The notes under the pieces are model-generated. The model saw only the letters and a list, made by a program, of their open reading frames with translations. It made no database searches and was not told where the DNA came from. From the NCBI GenBank assembly GCA_946965045.2, contig OX337231.1:1612001-1676000 (forward strand): DNA of 64,000 nt, given 5' to 3'. Below are positions 11,578 to 24,400 of the stretch, one piece after another. Every line of letters begins with the position of its first letter. Position 1 is the first letter of the stretch. The DNA is from Epithemia pelagica (Eukaryota; Protista; Bacillariophyta). The position numbers and the translations under genes were made by a program.

Positions 11578-13384
11578 ATGGTGCAGGCAGGAGCAGCTAC
11601 ATCTGGTTTGGTAAGTTGGCGACACTTCAGCAAGCGGTCACTGGATCTTCTTTGCGACTTTTGTGCGCATCCACGAGTTCAGCTTTGATTTATTGCAAGA
11701 GTGCCTGTTTCTAAACTACTCCTAGTTTTTATCAGGCACCCGTGAATCTGGACAAGATGTACGAGTTGGCAACGTTACAGCTGTGATTGCTGTCGCAAAT
11801 GTGGTAAAATCTTCATTGGGGCCAGTGGGATTAGACAAAATGTTGGTGGACGATATCGGCGATGTTACAATCACCAATGATGGCGCTACCATCTTGTCGC
11901 AGCTGGAGGTAGAACATCCGGCGGCTCGATTGTTGGTGGATCTAGCGACCTTGCAGGATAAAGAAGTGGGCGATGGCACAACATCAGTAGTTTTGCTCGC
12001 GGCCGAGTTGGTGCGACGCGGCCAAGATCTCATGTCTGTCATGGGCTTGCATCCCACTACAATATTGGCCGGGTACCGCATGGCATTGAAAGCTTCCATT
12101 GCGTACATTAAACAAAATTTAGTAACGCCCGTGGCGGATTTGGGGGATGACTGCTTCATGCAGGCTGCAAAAACCAGCATGTCAAGCAAAATTCTCGGTA
12201 ATATGGAGTCGGATTTCTTTGCAAAGTTGGCAGTGGATGCCGTAAAGAGTGTGGAGACGACGAATGAAGAGGGGAAGCCTCGATATCCATTGTCGGCTAT
12301 CCACATTCTGAAGGCACATGGCCAATCATCCATGGCGAGTCAGTTGCTGGCTGGTGGCTTTGCCCTATCATCATCCAGAGCTGCGCAAGGCATGCCAACA
12401 TTTGTGGAAGCCTCCAGCGACGACGAGGATGGTATGGTCAAAATCTGTCTGTTGGACATGAATTTGCAGCGCCATCGAATGGGAATGGGCATCACATTAC
12501 AAGTGACTGATCCACAAGAAGTGGAAAGAATCAAGAAACGGGAGATGGACATTACCAAGGAAAAAATCGAGATGATTCTTAATACCGGTGCCAAAGTCGT
12601 CCTGACCACCAAGGGGATGGACGATTTGTGTCTCAAGTACTTTGTCGAAGCGGGAGCCCTATGTGCACGTCGATGCAATCGCGATGATCTTCAACGTCTC
12701 GCGAAAGCGACGGGAGGTGCGTTGATTACAACTCTGGCTGATTTAGACGGAAATGAATCGATTGATGTCGCCACACAACTGGGAAAGTGTCGTTCAGTTC
12801 AAGAAATCCGGGTTGGTGACGGCGAAATGTTGCAATTTTTGGAGTGTCAAGGCGGAAGTAAAGAGAGCGCAGATGGGAGCACTTCCACAGGGGCTTCTAC
12901 GATCCTGTTGCGTGGAGCCAATGAATACATGTTGGATGAAATGGATCGTGCGTTACATGATGCCCTGTGTGTGGTGAAACGCATGTTAGAATCAAAGACA
13001 GTGGTTGCTGGAGGAGGAGCCGTTGAGGCTGCATTGTCAATGTACTTGCAGGAATATGCTCGATCAACCACATCGACGCGAGAACAGCTGGCATTAGAGG
13101 AGTTTGCCCAAGCTCTTTTGGTGATCCCCAAAACGCTGGCCGTCAATGCAGCCAAGGATGCCACGGAACTTACCGCCCAATTGCGTTCCGCGCATTTTGG
13201 CAAAGATGTCAACCATAGCATTGGTTTGGATCTTATTGAAGGAGAAGTACGTGACAATTTCAAGGCAGGTGTGGTGGAACCTGCCATTTCCAAAATCAAG
13301 TCCCTTCGATTTGCGACTGAGGCAGCAATCACGATCTTACGAATTGATGATCGAATCACTGTGCAAGATCCTCAACAAGGCTAG
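11578..13384 (+). CDS. TCP1: T-complex protein 1 subunit alpha (CCT1): join(11578..11610,11726..13384), 563 aa
   Basis: RESGQDVR..NV.AV.AVANVVKSSLGPVGLDKMLVDDIGDVTITNDGATIL, QDKEVGDGTTSVV, RGANEYMLDEMDRALHDALCVVKR and FATEAAITILRIDD are alpha-subunit-type chaperonin motifs. Phase-0 intron 11611-11725. Confidence 0.95.
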
Positions 13385-13486
13385 TGCTAGTACTCTTTAA
13401 AATAAGATGCAAGAAGTCTTAAACTACTTTTAGTGAAGGGCGGAGAAGATAGATATCCCTTGGTTGCTTTTTGCATGGTGGACGAA

Positions 13487-14821
13487 TCAAAACTTGTACG
13501 GGGCTTTATAAGGTTTCCATGCATGTCCTTGCGGCTCCTGATCAAAGGCATCCCTACTCCATTCCTGCTTCACTGTGATGGGCTGGAACTTGTTTGGATC
13601 GACTGTGAAACGTGTATACATTGTCAAAGCTCGGCTGGCTCCTTCGGTTTGGTGAATCATCACGTTATGATGAGATCGAACTCTCGCCCCGACGTTGTGA
13701 GCACCAGGGTTCAATCTGGTCGAAAACCAACGATGAGTATCCGAATGAACAATCTGGAAACTCATATTCTTGTACTCTTGGGAGATTGCAATGAACTTTT
13801 CGAAAAGTGGATCGTACGGTTTATTGACAGTGTCATTCCACTTTGACGTCATGCTTCGGAGGTTCTTATGCTTGTAGTACTCGCCAATACTCCGAGCGCC
13901 TCGAGCTGTCCGGCCATTGTTGACGTAAAACTTTCCATGAAGCATAAAGAATATCGCACGTTTCTGAGCCTGATACGCTTTTTCTGTCACATGGCTGATC
14001 CAGTCCAAAGCACAATCTTTTGCATTAATGTACATAGCCAATCGATCGGCCAAAGGGTCAACCGTATTCTGGTTCGGATATCCATCCTCACGTTCGTCCT
14101 GTTGAAAATTGGGGTTTTTGCAAGATCTATTTGAGAAACGACACAAAGCAGCACACTATGGAGCACTGGATCCACACTTCCCACTCACATCCAAGTACCA
14201 GTGATTCCCAAGAACCTCCAACGTCGCCACAGCATAGTGATCCATTTCGATGTACTTGTCAAAGTCGCAGCTATACGACAAGCAATTGTTACCAGTTTCG
14301 TGACATGTAGCGGGGTTTTTGTGCGTTCCAAGATTATGCCCATACACTTCGTGGTTGCCTGTGACATCAAATCCGCTTCCAATATTCAAGTCGTCAATGA
14401 GAAATTGCCTTGCATTTGAGGCTTTCAAAATGTCTGATGGGTATCTCTTCCCGACCGGTGCTGATCCAAGGCGATGACAATCCGTCACCTCGTTGTCTCC
14501 AGGTGCGTACAAGACAATACTTGCACCCGCATCCACCAACATGTGCACAGAACGTGTCATGATTGTCTCATTGCATCCCATTGTTTCTCCAGGTTTCGTA
14601 TCTCCAATATGAACAACGATATCACAAGTATCTGCCAACTCTCGAGCCATGGCTTTGTACTTTTCAACTCCATGAAATGGGTGAAACGGATCAACGTAGG
14701 GTGTGCAACCTACCACGCACAATTCGTGCCCACCTGTCGCTTGAGAGACACATGTCATGGCAATGAGAATGACAAGAGACACATGAGCAACAAGATGTTG
14801 AGAACGACAGAGAAAAGTCAT
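13487..14821 (-). CDS. Secreted calcineurin-like metallophosphoesterase-family protein, copy 1: complement(join(13487..14098,14189..14821)), 414 aa
   Basis: Signal-peptide-like N-terminus; VVGCTPY, DIVVHIGDTKPG, YAPGDNEVTDCHR, FFMLHG, IVHSDTH. Phase-0 intron 14099-14188. Confidence 0.75.
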
Positions 14822-15278
14822 GATGGAGGCTTTTGTGGGACGACAAATTATGTGCAGGTACTAAAGGACTTCAGCAACAATGCCGGTCATTACCAGAGGA
14901 TATTTTTCGCAGTGCAATTGCGAATCATCGGCATGAAGACACGCTGGTTGTTCTGCAGAGGTCTAGAACCACGATCCAGGCGGTCTCGTTGACGAGTCAA
15001 CAAAAAACCACATCAAAGATTGTGACATCTCATCGTGAACAACGCAAGAAAGGGTGCCATTGCGATCGTGGAATGGGAAAGAGGTGCAGAAGATCCAAAG
15101 AACTACGCATTGACCATGGAAGATGAGATCGATTTTTTGTCATTGTGTTTGCCGTTTGCCTTTTGCCTTGTGATTTATCCGCGACTGATCTGGTTCCGTT
15201 TTCGGCTATTGTAATCTACAATAGCCCATTGAAAGGGAGTCACGAGTCACGAATGAATCTACTCCAACTCTAGGGGAG

Positions 15279-15304
15279 AGTACTCCTACTAAGGTAGGAG
15301 TACT
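15279..15304. repeat. Perfect 11-bp-stem hairpin AGTACTCCTAC-TAAG-GTAGGAGTACT
   Basis: Directly visible inverted repeat in the intergenic region between the two phosphoesterase genes. Confidence 0.7.
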
Positions 15305-15611
15305 AGTGAGCCAACTCCTGCTCCTAGGAGTAGCTCGAATAAACCACGAACTCCAACCTCCCCGACATCACCGTTGGCTCTTTGGTGATAAGCTAGGACA
15401 AGATGAAAAGAATGAAATGTTTTCTGGTGCCTTGCGGATTGCTCCCATCTACGACTTGAAGATGAGAAATTGTCGAAATCAGATAACCATGACAAAGCAT
15501 TTATAGGTGGGAAAAGAGGTAGGAGTATCATGTATTAGTCTGCATTTATACATAGCAGGTTGGTTTCAGACGAGCAGCTGCGTCCCGCACAATGATTTAT
15601 GCTGCACCACA

Positions 15612-16908
15612 TCAGTATTTATATGGAGCACTGTAAGGTATCCAAGAGTGCCCTGGAGGGCTTTCCTCGTAAGCTTCCAAACTCCATTCTTCTTTTACGG
15701 TAATTGGCTGGAACTTGGTGGGATCGACCGTAAACCGTGTGTACATGGTCAAGGCTCGACTAGCGCCCTCAGTTTGATGAATCATCATGTTGTGATGGGA
15801 ATTGATGTTACCGTTGCTATTGTGGGCATTCGGGTTCAATCGGGTGGAGAACCACCGATGGGCGTCGGAATGGACAATTTGAAAACTAATGTTGTTGTAT
15901 TGGAGCGCCACTTCTTTGAATTTCTCGAACAGAGGTTCGTATGGCTTTTGAACAGTGTCGTTCCACATGGAAGTGAAATTTCCAAGGTTGGTTTCGTTGT
16001 AGTACTCTCCAATACTTCCAGTGCCCAAAGCCTCTTGTCCAACGCCTCGGTAGAATGTCGCATGGAGCATGAAGAATACTGCGCGCTTTCCAGAATCGTA
16101 CGCTCTCTGTGCAACGGTGTCAATCCAATCTAAAGCACAGTCTTTCGCATTGACATACGTAGCAAGTCGATCTTTCAAAGGATCAACTGTGTCTTGATTC
16201 GGGTATCCATTTTCACGTTCGTCCTGTCTGCGTGTTAGAAACTGTAGTTGTGGTCTCAAGATTGGATGCTGATGGACTTACATCTAGGTACCAGTGACCT
16301 CCGATTACTTCCAAGGTAGCGATAGAGTAGTTGTCCATTTCAATGTACTTGTCAAAGTCACAACTATACCTCGAGCAGTTGCTTCCAGATGAATCACAAG
16401 TAGCAGGGTTGATAAAGTCAAACTCATGGCTTTCGATTTGAGTCGTCCCGGTGATATCGTATCCACTGGTGAGGTTTAAATCGTCAATGAGAAACTGTCT
16501 TGCTTCGGAAGCCTTGACTATTTCCGATGGATACCGGTTCCCGACGGGCGCTGATTGTAAGCGATGGCAATCGTTCAGCTCGTTGTCGCCAGGGGCGTAC
16601 AAAACAATACTCGCACCCTGATCGACCAAGATGTGCACAGCTCTTGTCATTGTTGTTTCGTTACATCCCATTGTTTTGCCAGGTTTAGTATCTCCAATAT
16701 GAACAACGATATCGCATGTTTCGGCCAATTCATTGGCGAGAGCCTTGTACTTGTTTATTCCATTGTTTGGGTCAAACAGGTCAACATACGGCGTGCATCC
16801 CACGACGCATAGCTCATCGCCGCCTCGGACTGTAACAAAGCAGCATATAGAGAAACACAGCAGCAGGGCTTGAATCAAATACATCGTTTGGTCTTGGAAA
16901 AGGGTCAT
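15612..16908 (-). CDS. Secreted calcineurin-like metallophosphoesterase-family protein, copy 2: complement(join(15612..16223,16282..16908)), 412 aa
   Basis: Same motifs as copy 1 (VVGCTPY, HIGDTKPG, PGDNELNDCHR, IVHSDAH). Same intron position; exon 2 is 612 nt in both copies. Confidence 0.75.
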
Positions 16909-17425
16909 ATCCTTGTTTTATGCAAGTGAGTGTTTGTTGCAGGTACTGGTCGAAATAACACACCAGTATTGTCTTCATGCAGATTCTGGTCCTCGATTTT
17001 CGATACCAACATCGTAGACATGGGAGTGGACACGTAACGACCCAAATTCAAAATTTACGAATTCCTGCAGTTGCGGGGAAAATTATGGGAGGATTCAGAC
17101 AACGGTTGTACTCCTATGTTTTTCGAGTCTGCGTGTGTTTTCCGGAAAAGTCTGGGCCGCCCGGCTACAATAAATGAAAGCAGGAAAGGCTTAACAAATC
17201 TTTACAATTGCTTTCGAATATTCCGTTTCAAGCCTCTGTCCCTGTGGGATTTCCCCCATCGCCGCTGAAAACACTTCTTCACAAAAACCAAGTCGCTATT
17301 TTCGCTGAAACAAGAAACACAGACACCGACGCATTCATTGGTGTGTAAACGGCACCAAGTCCACCAGCAAGCACGATACTTGTTGACCTGACTTGATTGC
17401 ACTTGACATTTGGGAAAGTACCACG

Positions 17426-19684
17426 ATGAGGAAGCAGATTGCCGCTATACGAGGACGAAGTGGAAGCGCACGTCGTGGGCGGCAACAAGAAGCCGTCAGC
17501 TACGATCGGGAAGCATACATTGAGAACATAAAAGAATCATCTGATCAGCGATTACCAGCATCAATGACAAATGAAGCTCCCGAGGATAAATATAGCTTTA
17601 TCGACCGACGAAACTGGGCTCGAGAGGAAGCGGCCAGTGAGGTTCGAGATGGACCACCAACTGATCACCACATGATGCCCCCTTCAACGCGAATGGTCCG
17701 CTCAGCGACTCCAGTAGCGAGTGAACATGAGCGGTGGGCTGCTACTCCTACATCACAGCCACAACATCTTCCGGCAGAGAGGGTAATGAAAGCTGTCCAA
17801 ATAATCGGATCGAGTCCATCCAGTCGGGAGACACTCAGAAGCATGGACCGAATTCTTGAATGGTGGGCGGCAACGTCAGATCGAAATATGCGATTGTCAG
17901 TGTCATCTGGAGGAGGATGCTTGACTTCCACTCTTCGTGCCATGCAAAACCATCCTGCTCATGCACGCGTACAAGAGCGAGCCCTTGTGTTGCTCAAGCT
18001 GATGGCCAAGCTTGAGGAAAACTTGGATAGTGTCGCCGATGAAGACGGTATGTCCGTCGTGATCAATTCAATGCGTCGTATACCTCGGGATGTCAAAGTC
18101 ATTTCAAGTGCATGTCGAGCGTTGGCGTACTTGGCCTACACAGAACGGAACCGAAATGCTGTCCTTAGTGCTGGAGGGATCGCAACAATCCTTTCAGCGA
18201 TGCGCTTCCACCAGCAAGACACAAACGTACAAGCGGATGGCTGTTCCGTTCTCCAAACACTTGCTGTTTCTGAAGATATACAACGTACCATCGCTTCTGC
18301 AGGTGGTGTGGAAATTGTTTTGGATGCCATGCGCCGGCATCGGGAAGTTGCCCGTGTTCAAGCAAACGCGTGTGCAGCGTTGATCAACATGTCGCAAATA
18401 GAACCTCTCAAAATCTCCATCGCTCTCCTAGGAGGAATCCCACTGGTAATTGGTGCCATGAAAATTCACGAAGACAGCGCTCTCATCCAAACGGATGCAT
18501 GTGGCGTTTTGTGGAACTTGAGCAAAAACGAAACCAACAAGTTTATTTTGGATTCGAATGATGGCGTGCCCACAGTTCTCAACGCAATGAAAATGTACAT
18601 TGAAGAAGACTTACTACAAGCATATTGTTGTGGTATTCTAGCCCAGTTGTCAATGAGCGAAGGACTTCGCGGAAGCGTTGCACTCGCCGGATCAGGGGCA
18701 TGCATATGTCGTTCCATGGAGCACCATTTGTACAATACTCATGTGCAAACCTACGCATGCGCTGCCCTCCAGAACCTTGCACTGAAAAACCAAGACCACA
18801 GCCTCTCTGTGGTTCTAGCCGGAGGAATCGATTTGATCATCCAGGCCATGCAGGTTCATGGTGCCGATCCAAGTGTCCAAGAGAGTGGATGTGGCGCTCT
18901 TGCCAACCTTGCAAAGTCCAACGTATACAAAGATTTCATAGCACAGGGAATCCATGTTATTCTAGACGCAATGGAAGAACACGGGGACAGAGCACGCGTT
19001 CAAGAGAATGGATGCGCAGCCATTCAAAACCTTGTCATGGAGAATGATGTATATCGCACTGCAATCAGAGACCTACAGGGTATTCAGTTGATTGTGGTAG
19101 CGATGACGAAATATCCAATGGAATCTCGAGTTCAGGAAACGGGGTGTGGGGCGTTGGCAAATCTGGCGAAGAACGAAGATTGTTCGCATGTAGTTGTCAA
19201 TACTGGTGGTCTCCAACAGATTATTGAAGCCATGGCACTGCATGAGAATGACGACAAAGTACAATCCTGCGGTTGTGGCGCGTTGGCCAATCTAGCAGTT
19301 TCCGATGCAAACAAGGGTCTGATTTCCACATCAGGAGGAATTAAGGCTGTTCTCTTAGCCATGCAACGGCACCCAAGAAATATTTGTGTGCAAATTGATG
19401 GTTTGGGTACGTTGTGGAATCTGAGCAAGATAGAGACCCACTTAGTTACCATGGTCGAACTTGGTGCTGCGAAGATTACGGAAAGGACAGTGTGGTTGTA
19501 TTTAGAAGATGAGCCAATACAGTCCTTAGGAAGGAAGCTGTTGAATATGATGACAAAATTGGAGAAAAAGGTGGAAAGCGCAAAGATGAAATCTCAGTCA
19601 CCGTCACCGGAACCTCCTGACGATGCATCTGAGGGATGTGAGGTCCCTCTAGGATTTTCAATGAGAAGCTTTGTGTGTCGATAG
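17426..19684 (+). CDS. Armadillo (ARM) repeat protein
   Basis: More than ten ~42-aa repeats of the type GGI..I..AM..H.....VQ..GCGALANLA after a low-complexity N-terminus. Confidence 0.88.
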   Translation: MRKQIAAIRGRSGSARRGRQQEAVSYDREAYIENIKESSDQRLPASMTNEAPEDKYSFIDRRNWAREEAASEVRDGPPTDHHMMPPSTRMVRSATPVASEHERWAATPTSQPQHLPAERVMKAVQIIGSSPSSRETLRSMDRILEWWAATSDRNMRLSVSSGGGCLTSTLRAMQNHPAHARVQERALVLLKLMAKLEENLDSVADEDGMSVVINSMRRIPRDVKVISSACRALAYLAYTERNRNAVLSAGGIATILSAMRFHQQDTNVQADGCSVLQTLAVSEDIQRTIASAGGVEIVLDAMRRHREVARVQANACAALINMSQIEPLKISIALLGGIPLVIGAMKIHEDSALIQTDACGVLWNLSKNETNKFILDSNDGVPTVLNAMKMYIEEDLLQAYCCGILAQLSMSEGLRGSVALAGSGACICRSMEHHLYNTHVQTYACAALQNLALKNQDHSLSVVLAGGIDLIIQAMQVHGADPSVQESGCGALANLAKSNVYKDFIAQGIHVILDAMEEHGDRARVQENGCAAIQNLVMENDVYRTAIRDLQGIQLIVVAMTKYPMESRVQETGCGALANLAKNEDCSHVVVNTGGLQQIIEAMALHENDDKVQSCGCGALANLAVSDANKGLISTSGGIKAVLLAMQRHPRNICVQIDGLGTLWNLSKIETHLVTMVELGAAKITERTVWLYLEDEPIQSLGRKLLNMMTKLEKKVESAKMKSQSPSPEPPDDASEGCEVPLGFSMRSFVCR

Positions 19685-20047
19685 CATTGAGATATATCAT
19701 AACACTTCAGTAAGATATGACCTGTCTATCTGATGATAATCCGTACTCACATCGTAGTTACAGTACTCCTAGGTGTAGTTTTGGATGACGGCGCCCCTCG
19801 GGAAACCCTGTCCGGGACAAGAAGGCGCAATGTGTGCTCCGCCCGCGCACGGCCGTGACGGGAACGGAACGGGTGGGGAACGGGACTCGGGACTCTGGGT
19901 GCCCTCACAATTTCTCTTGGACGTTAGTGATCAAGGAAGCTCGGGGTCGAACAAATCAACAAGAATAGTCCCGCGTATCACAACAACGCATATGAGATCC
20001 AAGCAAACACAACACGAAAGAGCGTGTGTGTCCTAGTAGAGGTAAAA

Positions 20048-21354
20048 ATGGAGGGAACATGTATCATGAAATGGAAACTCGGGAGAAAACTTGGAGAAGG
20101 CAGTTTTGGAAATGTCTTCCTAGGAAAAAATGGAAAGGGTGAAATGGTGCGTTTGATTCCTGCGAAGTCGATCGTTGTCTCTCTACTCTTATCAGTCTTC
20201 CCATGCAATATTTTCGTCCTTGATTCACCTAGCGAGCTGTCAAGCATTTGAAAGGAAGCTTTGATTGGCAAGCGAATCAGAGATTGCGGGAACTACAAAT
20301 GATCATGGCCATTAGCCGACACAAGAACATTGTGGAGCTCTACGAGGTCTTCCTGGAGGGAGATCAACTATACTATGTCTTCGAGTACATGAGTGATGGT
20401 TGCTTGAATGAATGGATCCAACAGCAACGTAAATCAAAGCGACCAACAACCAATTCTCAAGTTCGAGGCATTCTTCAACAGATTCTTCAAGGGCTGGAGC
20501 ATGTGCACCAGCATGGACTATGTCATCGTGATATCAAACCGGAAAATATATTACAGAAAGGTGGGCTGTGGAAACTTGCCGACTTCTCCTTGGCTCGCCG
20601 TGTCAGCAAACGGAGTGCCTGTGCAACATCGATGGACATACTTCGCGGGAATAGGTCCAACTTCCCAATGGAAGTTCAAGGCCAATTCTCCCCTGATTAC
20701 ATGGACACGTGCTTGACATCATATGTCTCAACAAGGTGGTATAGAGCTCCCGAGCTTCTATTGCATTGCGTCACGTACGGAACTCCGATTGATATCTACT
20801 CCACAGCCTGTGTTGTCATCGAAATGTACAACCACCGTGCCTTGTTTCCAGGAAGAACAGAAGTTGATCAACTATTTCGAGTAACAAAGTTGCTGGGGAC
20901 AACACCTGATTTACTTGTGGCCATGAAGCAATTACCCGTTTCGCTTCCAGCTCAAGAGCCAGGAAGTTCGTCAGAATGGAAAAATATCGTTCCGGCCGCG
21001 AGCGCACCCGCGATTGACCTTCTCAAGCACATGATCTCAATTGATCCCCTCAAGCGCTGGACTTGCACTCAAGCGCTACAACATAACTTCCTTGTTTCCG
21101 GTGAAGAATTGATGCCTCAGGCCGTAGTTTCTAGTGCCTCGACCAAAACGACAGGTCATCTCAAGAGGGACTCTCAACAACGTGCTCCGTTGCCACACTC
21201 GGAGGCCAATCTGAGCAGAGCACCGACAACTACACCGTCGAGCATCCCGGCAGTTACATGTCCAGCAAATCGACGAGAGACGCCACGCCATGTTTCCCCT
21301 CAGCCTTTGGTAGTGAACAACCCGTACAAAAAGAGGCAGCGCACGGCATTATAG
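20048..21354 (+). CDS. CMGC Ser/Thr kinase, RCK (MAK/ICK/MOK)-like: join(20048..20146,20233..21354), 406 aa
   Basis: LGEGSFGNV, AVKHLK, HRDIKPENIL, DFSLAR, TSYVSTRWYRAPELLL. Phase-0 intron 20147-20232. Confidence 0.88.
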
Positions 21355-21469
21355 AAAAGACGGTACTATACTGCCTCACAACTTCAGCTGGTCAAACGGG
21401 GAACAAGCCCTTGCAACGAAAGGATTCGTTTGTATGAGACAATGAATCATTCTTAGATGGGGATTTGCG

Positions 21470-24400
21470 CTAGATAGAAAAGACCATGTCTTCACGATCT
21501 CTAGAACCAACGTAGGCATTCATGCTTTGACACCGGAGGAATATCTCTAGAATCAGCCCAAAGCTTTCCGTATCCAAGGCTAGTTTTGTGGCTTCCGCTA
21601 CAGGCCGAAGCAGTGGTGCAAATGGTTTGTTGCGACGCTCATTCTTGATACGGAAAAAGCGATCTTCGTCGAAAAGGACCGTTGGGTCATTCGACTTGTC
21701 ATTTTCATCCTCTGATGCCTCCTCCACCCAATAACAGCAAGATGTCGTGCCGGCAAGAAGCTCTTCAACAAAATCATGACAAACCTCTTTCAATGCATCA
21801 AAAGGTTTCACATCACTCGATTCCCGTTCCACGATTGAATCACAAAGCCATGATTTTGGATCCATTCGACTACCCATCGCATTCCCAAGCCACTGAGCAA
21901 GTGAAAGGACTTGGGTTCTCAGAGCGCGAACTGTAGTTTCGTTCTTCGGAGTACCACGGCTTAACTCGGAATCATGAGCGAACGATGTTGCCAAAATTAC
22001 TCGACCAACATCGAGGTCGACCAAAGTCACATCATCAGGAAGTTCACGGATAAGGTCAAAAATCCCTACAAACAAGATACAAGGCAAAGATATACCACAA
22101 ACGGTGAGACGACGACAAGACGGACGAGACAACACCAGAGACGTTGGTTCCTTCCGTTTGAATGAACAACCAACCACAATTGCCACCACCATACAATCAC
22201 ACACAACAACGTACCGGGATCTTGGGCAGGCATACCCAGAATAAAAGGGGCGGGGTACTGCAAGAGGTCTGCAGCAAGAGAAGAGGGAACACGAGGGACT
22301 ATAAGGTGACACCACTTGAGGGGCTTGAGCATCTGTGTCAACGCAGTTGTCGCTGAAAGCAGAATACTCCTCCGACTTCCCGTTATGACAATCTTCTGTT
22401 CCAGGAGAGCTGTAACAAAAAGGAGTGCCAGAGGAATAGGCGGCAAGCTGTTAATAAGTTGCTCACCTGCGTCACGTTCAAATGCAAGCTGTTGTGCACC
22501 AAATGGACGTTCTAACCATGGTTTCAATGATTCTTGTAAACAAGGGGATACAAAATCCCTCAGAACATCGATTTCTACATCACCGTGTTCAAAAGTACCC
22601 AGGAAATCTGCCAGGCCATTGCAAAACAGATCTCGTGTCTTTTCGCCGTTGCTGCAAAATGCCTTAAGAAGATTTTCCAAAGCCTGTTGCATGGACGGGA
22701 TGGCACAATGGCGACTGACGAGGGCGATGCCGATCATAGCATTCTTGGAAGAGTGTACTTCTCTCCAGCTTTGTGACTGCATGCGGTCCTTAAACAATGT
22801 ACACTCACATTCCACCGCAACAATTCTTCGCAAATCACCAGATTCTTGTGATCCTTCATAATACACAGAGTTTTCGTTGGTGGGTGACTTGATCACGCTT
22901 GTGGGCATTGTGTTCTGGTCTGGATTAGACTGGTTTGGTAAGCGCCGCAGCACAAGAGACACTCCATATAAAGACGAATCTTCATTGTCATCCGTTGAAT
23001 CAACCCGAGGAACTTTAAAGCTCAACAAAGAGACTTCCCAGCCGTCCACACTCTCCAGGGGAGAGTTGAAATACCCTCGAAATGGTTGTTGGTACACGTT
23101 CAATGGCACTGTGGCATAGCTTTCCAAAGTAGGAGGCATTTCATCTGGTGTAAAGTCACAGTTGTCCAAAGACATAGATTGACAAGCATATCGTCGAACA
23201 CTTCCTTCCTCACCGGCAGGGGGACGAAACTCGTAGTCGAGCCCGATACTACTTCCAAAGACAACCGCACATTCGGCCGTGCACTGTTCTGGTACTGGGG
23301 GAGTCGAGGTTTGGAAATCAGAGCCAGATGCGAAGGAGTTGAAGGGTTTGTGGGATGAAACTCCTTTCGGTAGATGAGCCTTTCGCAAAAGACGTTTGAT
23401 ACATTGTGGTTCAAGACAAGGGATTGCGTCTTGGTCCTCTTTTTCGCTGTTCGCTTTTACAGCTTCCTGACACATCCATTCGTGTATCTTGTGAACACGA
23501 AAGTTGGAATGGCCAATCACGGCGTAATCGTACAAAAGGCCTCCTGCCAGTGATACCAGGTCGTCAACCAATTGGGTTTCGGTGAGCTGGGCGACCGTAA
23601 GTTCTAATGCAACGATTGAAGCTTCATCATCGTATTCCAGCGAGGTGGTCCGACAGGGAGCGCAGATTTGCTCCAACTCACTACGCAACATATTAACTTT
23701 GGCTCTGGTCTCAGCCGAAAGGGAGGTGGTATCGAGAGATCCTATCGCTGGCGCCATGAACAACTCCCAAAACGTTTCTAGCGCTTCAAAAAGTTGTTTC
23801 ATTGTCTCTTTGTTTTTCTTTTCGTTGATAGTACGAATGGTTTTGAGCAAAGTACGTTCGATAAAGATGGAGGCACATATACTGGCAGCAGCATCATCGA
23901 TACGTGTTCGACTCTCCTTTTTGCTATCAAGAATCTCACTCGTCTCTCCAACCTCTTCTGGATCTGCTTGACTAAGCAGGTAAACGATGACGTACAAAAG
24001 ATAGTTTGTGGCGAATGGATTTTGGTCTTCGGTCACCGCATGAACGACACGGTCCAACGGCACATTCAAGAAAGGAGCAGTATTTCGCATGTATGCGCGC
24101 ATGCGTGAACATTCATCAGAGACGAGAAAAGACAGAAAATGTTGCCCCGCCAAGGAATCCAATACAACTTCTTGAAAATCTTGAAAGAGGTCGATCTCAA
24201 TGGGAGTCGATTCGTCCTTTAGAGCAGCTTCAAGCTGCCGTAATGAGGCGTCTGAGACAACGTGATGAAAGTCTAACATCGGCGGAACCAACTCACTCCC
24301 GATTGCAACGGGCAAGAAAAACTTGTTGGCGATTTTTTGTGCCATGGAGCGCCGTCGTTCCACGGGGGTGACACCGTACAAGTCCACGAATTGGAAAAGT

